NCBI RefSeq assembly: GCF_000981445.1
Contig: NC_027216.1
Coordinates: forward strand, 2,294,001 to 2,358,000
Length of the DNA stretch: 64,000 bases
Reading direction: 5' to 3'
Source of the DNA: Babesia bigemina
Lineage: Eukaryota
Part shown: positions 34,677 through 46,705 of the stretch, in pieces
Layout: the number at the start of each line of letters is the position of its first letter
How positions within the stretch are numbered: position 1 is the first letter of the stretch
Made by a program: the position numbers and the translations under genes
The notes under the pieces: model-generated
The model's input: the letters and a program-made list of their open reading frames with translations, nothing else
What the model was told of the DNA's origin: nothing
Database searches by the model: none

Positions 34677-36609
34677 TTTGTGAAGATGCGTTTTATTTAA
34701 GGAATACTACGAAAGTGCTGGTCTTTGTGTATTTGCAGGCCGGTTTACAAAACAGCTCTGTCTTAATGGCGGATCAGCACGACGGTGTTGTTGCCTTCTA
34801 ATATACCCGCACCTCAGCGCAATCTACGGACGTCCCTACACGTAAAATTGACGAAGCGTTAAAGCCCGGTGATGGCCAAGCAGTCACATGGCAGCCAGCT
34901 CCACACTATTAACGTGACATGCAGTACGCAGCACTCGAGTCATCTGGGTAGACATGTTTCAGGCAAAAATGAGACGTGTTGGAACTAGAGGTATTCATAC
35001 AATTTTTAGCGAAGCGTAGACGTTTAAAATATTGCGATGGGTTGTCTGTAGTGAATTGCAAAGTCAACGGCGTGCTGCGTGGCCTACTGGTTGTCAACAC
35101 GCTAGTCACGCAAAAAGAAATGCAGGCACGTACTGTACTGTCTTCCACTATTATAATAATTGACTTTGCTTTTGGTGGATGCAGTTATTTTCTCTGAGCC
35201 CTTGTGTGTGGTTTGCCGTTGATAACTGCTGTGCCAGGGTAATCCGTTAGTGTTTGCGCTTTTTTACGGCAGCCCGTGCGATTTACAACTGGGTGTTGTG
35301 ATACGATAATTCATTTTTGATTCAACAGAGTTATGTTCCCGGCTGAGCCGACGGTTGCGACGGAATCCAGCGCGCTATCATCTGACGAGCATCTACGCAT
35401 ATGCGTGTGGTACTGCGTCTTATTTCATCTTTCTTATAGCTATTTCTTGATTGGTACTGTGATCAGAGCAGTGCTTGTTGAGCTTTGGTATGCAGACGTT
35501 TCATTCCAAACGTTCAGGCTCCGGGACCGCGTGTCACGCAACCTGAGGGAATCTTGGATTCTTGTGTGAGCATTAGTATAAAGATTACGTTGGTGTGATA
35601 TAGTCTATTCTATCAAAGCGATCGCATCCGTTAGTATATGTTAGCCTGACTTACAACGGAAGGTAACTTCGCCACCTCATTTCACTGCTGCTTTGACGCT
35701 ATATTTGCACTTTGAGAGCGTGAAATATGTGCACGACGGTAGCCATGTATTCGTGTAGGTAGCTCGAGTACTCTGTTATATGCCAACCGTCCGATATTGC
35801 TAAATATCCGTGCTACGCTGGGAGGATTTTGGTTTGAACCAGCAGCGGCATGAATCACATGGCTCCATGACAGGCATGGCGGAATTTAAAGTCATCGATG
35901 GCGTAGTTACAACCGTGTTGCAACTATTATTGCGCTTCTAGGTGAGTGTTGACTGGCACTGCACTGGCGAGAGACTGAGCGTTGCTAAGAAGGTGAATAC
36001 AGGTTTCCTAATAGGCCAGTACGAATTACCCATTGTGGAAAATTGCAGTCATCCGTTGTATGTAACAACTGTGACAGCGGCGAAGGTTTGACGTGCCATC
36101 ATTCAAAGGGGATGTTTAATTGGCAGGTATGAATGTTGCGCATCACCTCATACGTTTGGAATGCAAGAAGCATTTAGCTTACCAAAATACACATGTAAAT
36201 GATTATTGGCATCTAATGTTGATATGTCAGGCAGATCATAATAAACTCGACAGTGGGTACAATTAGATGCGTTGCCAGATACCATCACGTTTGTGCCACA
36301 GCAAAGGCAGCAGTAGGATGGTGTGATGTGATTCGGATGAGAGGTTGTCTACATGATTAGACAAAACATGATTGATCGTTATCCCATTGCCATCATATTG
36401 TAAAGTCGCCTCGTCAATGCATGTAGTGGGTGCGGATGCTCATGGTATCAGTGCTCTGGGATTGCGATTAAAGTTTGCATGTGAAGCTGACTGGTTAGCG
36501 CCTTGCATGTGTGGCACTAATATTCGTAAACGCTGCTTTTTCAATAATGACGGAGCCTTAGAATATATTGTCTGTTGCCGCAAGTGGCGTATGAATGAAG
36601 TCAGGGAGG

Positions 36610-37479
36610 ATGGGGGAGAAGAAGGGGACGAATCCTTGTGGATGTGACGTAAACACATGTCCCACTAGCCGCGATGAGCCTTGCTATGATTACAAATGTA
36701 CGCAGTGCAAGGCGTGCTGTGACGCCGATTGCCCAGGTTGCAAGGAGAAATGCGCTGGTGTAACAAAGCTTGAGAAATGTAAATGTCGAATTCCTTTCTG
36801 TGGCTGTAAGACTGATTGTTACGGGAATGGAAAAAATGGCATCTGTCAAGGATTATCAAGTTGCAAGCGTTGCCGTACACGATGCGAAGATGGGAAGCCA
36901 TGTAAATGTTATCGTTGCAACTGCGGAACACACTGCAACGGCGTCATCTGCAGCTGCTGTAGCTGGTGTGATCCTACCAACTGTTCTGGAGGTCCTTGTG
37001 ACGGCTACGTGATCGGCAGATGCGGAGACAAAAACTACAGCGAGTGTATCGGCCACGTCAGATACGAAGCAAGCGGTCCTGTATTAAATCGCAACAAATA
37101 CCCGATTGACTGCAAAAAATCCCACAAAGGTGAGTGTACTGAAGAAAAATGCAGGTGGGCCCGTGGAGAACGAGACGAGAACGGCAATTGCGTTATTGAA
37201 TGCACATACTGCGGCAAATTATGTTCCCAAGATTGGTGCAGAATATGGCTAGGTGCTTTAGTAATCTTACTAATCATTTTAGCATCCTTTATTATTATGT
37301 GGGGCATGTTTCCCGAGACATTCTACCTCATGATGACTAAACTACGTGCTGCATTTCCCATCTCGTCAAAGCGTCCAAGCAGTCCTTTAAATAATCTCGT
37401 CGGTGACGGAATTCCCGAGGAGGTTAACATTGATCGCTACCCCGCCTTCCGTCCAAGGGCATACGCTGGCTTGGCGTAA
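36610..37479 (+). CDS. Cys-rich protein with a single C-terminal TM helix (family member A)
   Basis: Very Cys-rich N-terminal ~210 aa, TM IWLGALVILLIILASFIIMWGMF, tail ending YAGLA. No signal peptide. Alternative ATG at 36595. Confidence 0.75.
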   Translation: MGEKKGTNPCGCDVNTCPTSRDEPCYDYKCTQCKACCDADCPGCKEKCAGVTKLEKCKCRIPFCGCKTDCYGNGKNGICQGLSSCKRCRTRCEDGKPCKCYRCNCGTHCNGVICSCCSWCDPTNCSGGPCDGYVIGRCGDKNYSECIGHVRYEASGPVLNRNKYPIDCKKSHKGECTEEKCRWARGERDENGNCVIECTYCGKLCSQDWCRIWLGALVILLIILASFIIMWGMFPETFYLMMTKLRAAFPISSKRPSSPLNNLVGDGIPEEVNIDRYPAFRPRAYAGLA

Positions 37480-38732
37480 AGACGTAGAGTTCAATATCGC
37501 AACAGCTGGCATTTATTACAACGCAATAGCTGTCACATCTCAGTAGCATCAACACACGGTATTGCTATCTTATTGCATTTATATTTTCACTAATGGTGCT
37601 TGCATGGTAGACAATATTACTCTAAGTTTACCAATGGCTGAAGTTGGTCAACTAAAATGCGGCTGCGTAGCCGCTCTTCAGCACGCCACGCTTATAGCAG
37701 TCCACATGTTGTTAAACCTGCAATGTACGTCATATGCACGCCAAGCATCTATAATGATGATCAGTTGGCCTGCTGTTTCGCTTAGGATTTTCATGCACAT
37801 TCAGCTTACACAGCCTCCTATAGCCACGTCAAAAGACATGTAATAGCATTAGCATCCATCAATTTACATTTTAGTCCGACTCATATGCAATGTATGTCTA
37901 TGTTAATTTGAAAATTTCCCGTACCCTTGTCGCCCTCTAAGTCTAACCCGTCCACGCCCATATCACCATGTTCCTGTAAGCATTTACGACAATTATGATT
38001 GAACACACACGAGCAACCATCATATCAGTGCGCCTAATCATACATTATTACACTCCCACTAATACAGTATTTCGTTGATGTTAGGTCACAGAATGATTCC
38101 CATAGGGATCCCTGAATCCCTTGTAATCACATATCGAATCTCACAAACGGCCATGTGGGCGTCGCTCATTTGCCTTATTATGCGCAGTTCGAATAGCAGA
38201 GGCGTGTTTAACAGATATGCAAGCTACTCACAAAACTGCCCAGGCATCACTGCAGAGCCACTCGCTCTAGGGAGTGATACACGCCATCGATGGACTGTAA
38301 GGCGCTGTGCGGGCATACCGGAGATTTGTTGAGGAGCAGACATGTGGCGACAATACCGTTAGAAATATGACAAAGGTATTATTCAGATACTTAATGATCT
38401 GTAAAAGAGAAGTGGGAAGTTGAGTGATATTGGCAGTCCTTAGTTGCGTAAGTTTGAGAGGCACAACAGCCGGATATCCGTATAAAAACACAAGGTACGA
38501 GCGGAAGATGAGTCTGAAGAAACGTCAGATGTAAATGTTAATGATGTCACCTTGCTTAATCTCATTCAGTGTCCCAATGTGCATCGGATGCTATGTTCTC
38601 ATACAATTTCTGATCGCCTCACTGATTGCCAGCTAATGAATGATCGTAAAACATTTAACAATACGTTATTTGACAAGTGTGACGTTAATCCATAATAATG
38701 TGCGATAGGTGAGATAATTGAAATTGTGATAC

Positions 38733-39101
38733 TTAATTATAAAATGCGATGCAAAACGGTAATTTGCGGACGATATATTCGCGGACGTCGTGGAGCGGCT
38801 GAATGTGAAAGATGCATAAACCGAACAGGAGTATGAGAGCGATGATTGCGAAGACGATGTAAGCGATGACACGCCGCGCACTTCTACTATAACAACATGA
38901 ACAGTCACAATTTGGTTCACATACGATCTTACAATTCATATGGTTACAGTGGTCAATATCTCTATGCGTTACGATGTCTGAACATAATTGACACCTATTT
39001 CCAGTTGCTCTACACCAATGACAACACGAAACACAGCATATACAATTTCCTTCGGCACACTTTCTGCGACTGAGAATACACCTACACTTTTTTCCATCCA
39101 T
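38733..39101 (-). CDS. Small Cys-rich single-TM protein (family member B)
   Basis: KKCRC...NCICCVSCCHWC...CDCSCC followed by TM VIAYIVFAIIALILLFGLCIF. Confidence 0.7.
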   Translation of the reverse strand: MDGKKCRCILSRRKCAEGNCICCVSCCHWCRATGNRCQLCSDIVTHRDIDHCNHMNCKIVCEPNCDCSCCYSRSARRVIAYIVFAIIALILLFGLCIFHIQPLHDVREYIVRKLPFCIAFYN

Positions 39102-39350
39102 TTTCCCCCCTATCCTTTCCCATTAACCTACAAACCATGAAATTCATACCTTGGTCTCGGAAACTTGCTGCTCCTTCGTCATCCGCTGGACAACATGAAA
39201 CTGGCAACCCTAGCGGATATAGGTGAAACTGCCAATCTACCCCGTCACCGTTCCACCAAGGCATGGGCAACCGCCATCCAGCGCACCGCCAATTACATCA
39301 TAACGAAAGTACCGCCAAGGTAACGCATGTGAACTGTATCAAAGCAGTGA

Positions 39351-39390
39351 CATGCAGGTCAACCAGTGCCAAGGAAGCAGTCGACCTCAA
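39351..39390 (-). promoter_or_regulatory. Conserved upstream element of the Cys-rich TM family (copy upstream of member B)
   Basis: 32/40 ungapped identity to 47354-47393, same orientation relative to the ORF. Function is inferred. Confidence 0.55.
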
Positions 39391-41352
39391 TAATCACAGA
39401 CCGTCCTACGGTGCGACCTCCCACTACTGTTGTTACATTTATGCCTCAAATAGTGTTAGATTGTACCCCATTGCTCGGCTAACATGCTTATCAGTTACGC
39501 TGTTACCATCAATGCCACTTAACCAGACCTTCCACTGGGCATCACGTAAACATGTCTCCGCATCTTTCACTATCTCGACAATCAGTACCTAACCCACAGA
39601 CTGTCTAAAGGACCAATCATCATACTACATGACTTATGTATCTGGCACAAGTGACTGCCACCTAGCACGGCAGTCATCAGTTTCCAACCTGGATGACCGA
39701 CCAGCCACCCAGCTTCACAATCCACTTTGTAACGCACTGCCTTCATTAGGTCTTAATTGATCGATGAGAGCATGCCGCGTAGGCATTTCTGTACATTGTG
39801 ATAATAAGTCAAGACACACTTACAACTTATTTCTACGGTTGGCATCTCAGTGCCTTAGTGAAGTGAATGACGGCTTCGGCTGGGTGGGGGTGGACTGCGC
39901 CAGACCATTGCCACAGTTTTCGAAGAAGATCGTGATTATATGCTCGAGAATTCAGACTTGTAATCTATTTGACTGTTACCGGTGTATTTATGCCACGTTT
40001 AATTAACGAACCCAATGGTTGCGTAGCATGTGGCTGGGCATCTTGGTTGTCGCAGCCAGTTATAAATTATTGTGATGCTTTCATCGAGCTTAAACAGCAC
40101 AGTGTCTCTGCTGATCATAGCGCAAGTGGCTGGGGTTAATGGCGGGTTATGCTGTTAGGCCATGCCTCTAGCTGCTGCAATTGGCGACACGGCCCCGGTG
40201 GCAACGGCGTCATCTCTTAAACTACTGATTGGGTACCATATTCTGTGCCTCAAAATACACTAACAGGGCATATTAGACGTCTAAGTAAAGCGTATTGCTG
40301 TGCGTTATATAACATTGGGGACGATTTGGATGAGCATGCCTAGGTAGCCTCGGGTGGATGGATATGTCGAAAGGTTTAGAGCCGATATAGAATATAACGA
40401 GGAACTAAACTACAAACATTATTTTAACATATTGGTTAAAAGCATGAGTCTCCGTACACGTACCAGAAGTGGTGGATATCGCCGTAAGTACGGAAAGAAA
40501 GCGGGGAGGCCGGACAACAGGGCGTACCCAGTAAAGACCGAGAAACGATGAATTCAGTAGGCCGGGTATTGAGATTAACCATGAAGTGACACGTAAGTAA
40601 GCTCTACAACTCAGTAGACGCCGTCATGGAGGCTGAGAGCAGTCGTGCCGCTACGCAGCGAGGACAAGTTATGGACTTGGGGACAAGCGTACCAGGAGCC
40701 GGCCAGCGGGAACTAGTGCTACCAGGCCGCGATGCAGACTGGAGCTCTAGAAGATGATACCATATGCTACGACCGGTACCATGCCGCTATTTCCAAAAAA
40801 GAGACGCGGCATGCCGCTCATCCCTCACCACTTACAAGGTGTCGCTGTCCCAGAGTGTATGGAAGCAACTGGATGCATTGGCGCGGAGCCCGTATACAGG
40901 GTGTAGTGACGTAAGTCAAAAACACTTTCAAGGGTGAATGTAGCTCCGTTAATTATTTAAGTAGAGCATGAATTCTTAAGTGTTCCGAAAGGGAGTGGAA
41001 GTTGTGTTGTAACCACGCATCATTGCTAATAATTGAGACTATGAAGCTTTTGCAAGTAGGTTGATTATAGATTAGTGTCTGCTTATACGTCTACAGGGGA
41101 GACACTGGGCTACTGGGATGGACCTGCCACTTGATTATCAGCATGCGCCTTGCCACATGCTGTGAGATTGGATATTCATGTCATGGCAGCGTTGTGAGGA
41201 ATAGATTTATGGTTGCCCCAGTGCAAGGTTGATGGCAAGATAGGGGTGGGGGTTATGGCCATTGTATGTCGTCAGTTTGCTGAGGGTGTTAGAGGTATAA
41301 GGTACGTTGTTCATTGCTGTGCAGGGTACTTCGTTAAGTGGTCAGACTGAAG

Positions 41353-41556
41353 ATGGCAGGTCTGTGTAGTAGTAGTTGCAAAAACCAAAACTGCCCCAAG
41401 TGCATCGGCATAAGCATTGCCATCGGCGTTGTTGCATTTCCAGCCCTCGCTATATTGGTCCTCTACATCCTCGGTATATTCTATAACAAAAGCCTTGGTA
41501 CAATGTTCGCCGAAATACGCGATGGGTTCCGTGGCTCCAAGCCTTCACTCCACTAA
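41353..41556 (+). CDS. Very small Cys-containing single-TM protein (family member C)
   Basis: MAGLCSSSCKNQNCPKC followed by TM IGISIAIGVVAFPALAILVLYILGIFY. Shares the upstream element with the other members. Confidence 0.55.
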   Translation: MAGLCSSSCKNQNCPKCIGISIAIGVVAFPALAILVLYILGIFYNKSLGTMFAEIRDGFRGSKPSLH

Positions 41557-41816
41557 TTTCATATGCTCATCCAGTACACATAGCCCTCACTGTAGCCAGG
41601 TCACATCCGATTTCAATTTGATTACGTTCATATGTATAACGATTATTCCACATGTAGTTATGTAGGTGAGGTTGTATAACCAGTGGTAGTGCGGTGTAGT
41701 TTTTGCTGAGCAGCATGGCTTATCGCACTCTGAAACAAAATCGCTACTCATTACTGTCACAGCCTATCACAGAGCAAAAAATGACGTAAATGCAATGAAT
41801 GCTGTTATAGGCCAAG

Positions 41817-44800
41817 TTAGAGGCAGTGGCCATGTGCCTTAGTCAGGCAGTTGAGGTACGAGGCAAGTGTCAGCAAGGGGTCACTACCGCCGCAGCTAGG
41901 AGTGAGGATGGTGGCAAGGATGTTGCCAGTTTGTGATTTCTCAGGCGAATCATTCTTCTTAAATCCCATCCTTATCCTGCTCTTGTGGCACAGGTTGCAC
42001 GGGTCGAAGAGGTGCGTCTTGAAGGTGGAGTCGTAGGCGTCGGTAAGAAAGGCCTGGAGGGGAGATGGCTTCTTGGGATCACTGCCATAGTTACAATTCT
42101 GCCAACCACCATGTGACTTCTCTCGATTACACTGCGACTTGAGGAACTCCAACTGGTGGTGGCAGGCGTAGGCGTAGTCACGCAGCTGGCAGAGGAGGGC
42201 GCAGCAATCAGGTTCATCGGATTGGTCAGATGACTTAGGCTTCACAAATCGTGATGACACATTCGCTCTCCATCGAGGTGCGATAGCGGTGAGCACGGAA
42301 CCTGCAAACATGGCGGTAAGCTGGAGTATGTCGAAGACATTGTCAGGTAGGATGTTGGTGTGGTTGATGGAAAGTGCAAGCTGTGAAGGGTCTTTATGCA
42401 AGCCACTAAATGCCTTCTCAATACATTGCTTAAGAGTCTCATGATGCTTTTGGTTCCTAAGCCCTGCCAGCCACTGAAGCATCTCCCGGACGGTGCGCGG
42501 GGCCTCGGCGGGGAACAGCTCCGTCTCGGGGATGTCGGTGGAGCCGGGTGTGGGTGTTGAGGTAGCCCAGGAAGAGATACACATTTTTAGTTCCGGGCGA
42601 TGGATTATTTCTGGATCGAAGTCTTGGGGTGGCGGCATAGACTGCTCGACATCTGGAGGCGCAATGTTGAATGAGACTGCAGGGAATGGTGGATCTACAG
42701 GGTCAGGCAGTGTCTCAGTTTTAATATGTGTTGAGTCATCATCAAAACTTAAGTCAAAGTTGAGATCGTTATCTGGCGATTTTAGTTTTGGGACGTGGAT
42801 GTCAATCTCAAATGGGTCTGGAATTTTGCGCGGTACGTACGCCTCAACGATTTCCAAACCTCCAGGCGGTGGAGGGTCTAGATATTCTGTTGGAATGGGT
42901 GACAAATTGCGATTAGGGGCAAAAATAGAATTGCCTGTGAGCTGTGACCTGAATGCATTCGAGATGCGAAGATTTGCTGGTATGGTTGTGTCATTGATAT
43001 GTGCGATAAGAGGTGAATGAGGGGCGTAAACCGTAAGTGGATCATTTTTATTTCCGGTGACGCCAATGCCTGTTGGGGATCCACGCATTGGCGTGGGTAA
43101 AGCTTTTTTTGCCGTAGGTATATGAATTCGCTTCTGTGTTTTCGAAATGTTCGGCGTCTTTATAGTGTAGCCAGTGAAAATAGCAGATTGCTGAGGGCCA
43201 AGTCGCTTGTTGCCCCTGGCACCAGCGGTGGTTGTTCCAGTTAATATACCGCTAACATACTGGTCGGCCACAGCCCTTCTATTCTCATCGTCCTTTTGTT
43301 TCTGCAACGTAGTGCTGAGATCTTCCGGCTTGTAATTCCCATCCATTAGACTCACCACTAAATCGTTTGAATGATCCACTACGTCCCCTTTCGCTTCTAG
43401 CATCTCTGCTTTGTAAACATCGGACACTACTGGCGTATTATCATACGACACGTCTACACCATCGAAATAAGTTACTGCACCTCCATTTAAAGCAATCATA
43501 TTTGACAGATCTCCTGGAGAGAATGCAACAGGCTCAGAAGATTCAACCGGAGCACCTGACATGAACGCGTCATCTGCATTAGAACTTGTGAGCTGCTTCT
43601 CTATATCATCTCGAAACTTCCTTTGCTGAACTTCTTGCCATTCGGCATCCGCATCTACATCTTTCTGCAATACAAGGTGAGAGTCGCCATCTCCTATCGC
43701 TTCTCCCTTTACACCGACGTCATATGTTTCGCCATCATCTGCAACTTCGGTTCCTTTTAAAAAGAACACTTCTGGGTTGTGAAGGGCTGCCATTGCTTGA
43801 TCCTGAATATACGCTGAATTGCGGGGTGAAGGTGTATTGATTGAGAAAGATACATTAGGCATTGCATCCTTCATTTGATTCGGTAGGGCCGCCCAATATG
43901 CATCTTTCAGAAATGCTGTTAATTTCTGTGGACCGAATACAACATCAATCTCTGGAAGCATAGCCTCACGTTGAAGTTGGCGCTGTTCCTCCTTTTCACG
44001 TTCCTTGTCCTCCATTCTTTGTTTCTCAGCTTCTTTTCTACGTTCTTCGGCTTCCTTTTGCCTTCTCAGTTTATCTTCAGCCATACGTATTCGTTCTTGG
44101 ACATTTCTTTGTGTTTTTATATATTTATCATCCCATTTTTCATGAAGTTTTTGTTGTTCATTATAGTCATAATTCTTCACACAGTACGTACCGCTATCGT
44201 GCCAAAGTTTTATTGGTGTATATCCATCGGCGCACGTTAGTTTTTTAGTCTGGGACTCCTGATCATTCGAAGCACCGGGCACATGTCCACCCCTTCCTGG
44301 CGATCCACCGCTACCTGAACTTGAACCTGCAGCGGAGGATGTTGCAACACTGTCACTCACATTTGTCTGCGGACCATGACCAACTGGTTGACCAGCGTCA
44401 GAATCACCCGCCTGCCCATCTTGGCCCTGACCACTAATGGCACCATGGTCACCAGGTGACCCAGATCCTGCACTTGAATCACTTGAAGTATGAGTTTGTG
44501 GTGCCTGCACAACTGGTGAACTCCCACGCTTTTCTTCACTTTGACCACCCGCTTGACTTTGTCCTCCCTCCGCTTTCTTGCCCTGGTTCTGTGCTCCCTC
44601 TGCTTTCTTGCCCTGGTTCTGTGCTCCCTCCACTTTCTTGCCCTGGTTCTGTGCTGTCTCGGCTATCTTTTCTGGCACGACTTCCTTGGGGGCCTCGGGA
44701 ACCTTGACAGGTGGAGCCTCCACTTTTGGGGGAACACGAACAACTCTTTCACCCTCCAACACTTCATCAACGGGCTCTTCCTTATCCTCCTCATCTTCAT

Positions 44801-46031
44801 CCGGCTTTACAGCTGGACAACTGTCACCATCCAAAATCTTTTTCAACTTATCCAAACCCTCATCTGCTTTATTCAGCTTCTCAATTACATCACTCCAGTC
44901 CTTTGTCAGTACGTCATGTGTTTTCCATCTATTAAAGTCGTAGCCATGAAACGTGAATCCGTAGCGGAGAAGGTTTTTATTGAAATATTCCGCAAGCGCT
45001 TTGGACTGACCCCCAAGGACTGCACTGCCCCGAAATGATTTGTTGTTAATCTGTGTTGAGCTAGCAATGGATTGAACTTTCATCAATTGCGTTCTCACCT
45101 TATCCAAATTTCGTTTAAACCAACTCGCCAGTTTTTTAGCAATATCTTGAGTTTTAAGCTTATGATATTCCCGCGCATATCCTGTGAACGAAAAGGCTTT
45201 CTGGTTGAACAATTGGCCAAGGGGCCCTTTCAGTTCGGCACAATGTCTTTTTAAGTCTTCCAATTTGATGCACCTATCTTTGGCATATAAATGACTCTCA
45301 AAATCCTTATCATCCCTTACTGCTTCGAATATCTTACAAAAGTCCTGCACCAATCGGAGGGCGTTTGCGATATTGGGAGTGTCCGATCCGAAGGTGGACA
45401 ACACAGTAGTGGAATAAACATCGAGGAAATAATTTTGCTTATCCTGATTGGAATACTTTTCCAAAATATTCTGAAGGTCAGCTGCCATAGCAGAACCCGG
45501 GTTATAGCCGCTTCTATGACCCATTTTCACCTCTCTATTTTGGAATCCTCCAGGAATAACGCCATATTTATTTTTGTCGACAGTTTCAACAAGATATCTA
45601 TCTAGGTCAGTGGCCATGGATTCATGAAGTGCAACTAACCCAACCTCTTGATCTGCCCACCTCCCTCCACCCATTGCGGAAAATCTCGAGTCCACATGAT
45701 ACCTTAAGAAATAAATCGTGGAGAGCAATTTCGGGACGCACTGGAGAAAATAGTTGAGGGTATCTTTAGCGCTTTTATTGCCAGCATACGATCCGATTGG
45801 TTTAGTGCATATTTTACGATAAAAGTTTGATACGTGGGTAAGAAATTTAGACAGCTCTTCTGCAACTGATTTTTGATCAACGCTTTCATACATTTTTTTG
45901 AGTAACTTGTCTAGCCGATGCGCCACCAGACCTTGCATAAGCCGTCCCTGCCTGTCACTATGCAACCACTCCAAGAACTCCAAGCATTGCTTGAGAGTGG
46001 TGAACTCAGGAACGCTACCCTTAGCCGCCAT
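41817..46031 (-). CDS. Large VESA1-related protein with NQGKKAEGAQ repeats, C-terminally truncated
   Basis: N-terminus FTTLKQCLEFLEWL and YFLRYHVD...GGGRW. C-terminal module PRTVREMLQWL, QLEFLKSQC...GGWQNC and MGF...LASYLNCL is typical of ves1-like proteins. ATG at 46031; no TM segment. Confidence 0.85.
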   Translation of the reverse strand: MAAKGSVPEFTTLKQCLEFLEWLHSDRQGRLMQGLVAHRLDKLLKKMYESVDQKSVAEELSKFLTHVSNFYRKICTKPIGSYAGNKSAKDTLNYFLQCVPKLLSTIYFLRYHVDSRFSAMGGGRWADQEVGLVALHESMATDLDRYLVETVDKNKYGVIPGGFQNREVKMGHRSGYNPGSAMAADLQNILEKYSNQDKQNYFLDVYSTTVLSTFGSDTPNIANALRLVQDFCKIFEAVRDDKDFESHLYAKDRCIKLEDLKRHCAELKGPLGQLFNQKAFSFTGYAREYHKLKTQDIAKKLASWFKRNLDKVRTQLMKVQSIASSTQINNKSFRGSAVLGGQSKALAEYFNKNLLRYGFTFHGYDFNRWKTHDVLTKDWSDVIEKLNKADEGLDKLKKILDGDSCPAVKPDEDEEDKEEPVDEVLEGERVVRVPPKVEAPPVKVPEAPKEVVPEKIAETAQNQGKKVEGAQNQGKKAEGAQNQGKKAEGGQSQAGGQSEEKRGSSPVVQAPQTHTSSDSSAGSGSPGDHGAISGQGQDGQAGDSDAGQPVGHGPQTNVSDSVATSSAAGSSSGSGGSPGRGGHVPGASNDQESQTKKLTCADGYTPIKLWHDSGTYCVKNYDYNEQQKLHEKWDDKYIKTQRNVQERIRMAEDKLRRQKEAEERRKEAEKQRMEDKEREKEEQRQLQREAMLPEIDVVFGPQKLTAFLKDAYWAALPNQMKDAMPNVSFSINTPSPRNSAYIQDQAMAALHNPEVFFLKGTEVADDGETYDVGVKGEAIGDGDSHLVLQKDVDADAEWQEVQQRKFRDDIEKQLTSSNADDAFMSGAPVESSEPVAFSPGDLSNMIALNGGAVTYFDGVDVSYDNTPVVSDVYKAEMLEAKGDVVDHSNDLVVSLMDGNYKPEDLSTTLQKQKDDENRRAVADQYVSGILTGTTTAGARGNKRLGPQQSAIFTGYTIKTPNISKTQKRIHIPTAKKALPTPMRGSPTGIGVTGNKNDPLTVYAPHSPLIAHINDTTIPANLRISNAFRSQLTGNSIFAPNRNLSPIPTEYLDPPPPGGLEIVEAYVPRKIPDPFEIDIHVPKLKSPDNDLNFDLSFDDDSTHIKTETLPDPVDPPFPAVSFNIAPPDVEQSMPPPQDFDPEIIHRPELKMCISSWATSTPTPGSTDIPETELFPAEAPRTVREMLQWLAGLRNQKHHETLKQCIEKAFSGLHKDPSQLALSINHTNILPDNVFDILQLTAMFAGSVLTAIAPRWRANVSSRFVKPKSSDQSDEPDCCALLCQLRDYAYACHHQLEFLKSQCNREKSHGGWQNCNYGSDPKKPSPLQAFLTDAYDSTFKTHLFDPCNLCHKSRIRMGFKKNDSPEKSQTGNILATILTPSCGGSDPLLTLASYLNCLTKAHGHCL
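44564..44655 (-). repeat. 3 x 30-bp coding tandem repeat (AQNQGKKxEG)
   Basis: ctttcttgccctggttctgtgct recurs at 30-bp spacing on the + strand. Confidence 0.95.
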
Positions 46032-46705
46032 TTCTTCCACCTCCAATCATCTACTAACTCACCCTTACAAAACACCACGACAAGCCTCCAGTACTATGTG
46101 AACTGGGAAACACCAGAGTGATCACACCTCTAAGGTGACACTGCTTAGTACAGCTGGGCAGACGACTGAGTGTGATGAGTGGAAAGGCTAGCAAGTGACG
46201 CGCTGATTAAATACAATACGCATCATACTAAGACAATGGCACACCTAAACCATTTTCCAAAATCCATGAACCATCACACGAATCCTATAGACATACCACT
46301 CACCTGAGCAGGGAAGGCGACAAGTCAAGGCAGCCATGTTGGAATGAGAGGGTGGAGAGTGGTAGCAAGGTAATATTGATAGTAGGGATTGTGGGTGTAA
46401 GTAGAGCAGTAAAGACAGACGTTTGGTTAGACGTTAGTTTTATAAGGTGGGCTGGGTGAGCTGGGCACTGCTGTCGTCAGGGGAGCGATCAACATCAAGG
46501 TGGTGGGTTTGGGCATGGTTACGGTGATGAGTAACATAACGGCCGAGATTAGATCGCAGGTGGAGGGACGATATTCTGTGCAAGCGGATGCGGCGGTCTA
46601 GTGCCCCAATACATTTACGTAACTAAAATAATATTATAGGAGTGACTTTTAGTGGCGCGGGTGATTTAACGTGAATTATGACATGTCTACGTATACTATG
46701 AGAAC

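Noticed and set aside
40354..40914. Purine-rich short ORFs between members B and C, considered as a decayed retroelement gag
   Set aside because: No zinc knuckle, protease, RT, integrase or LTR could be identified by eye; it would need tBLASTn.
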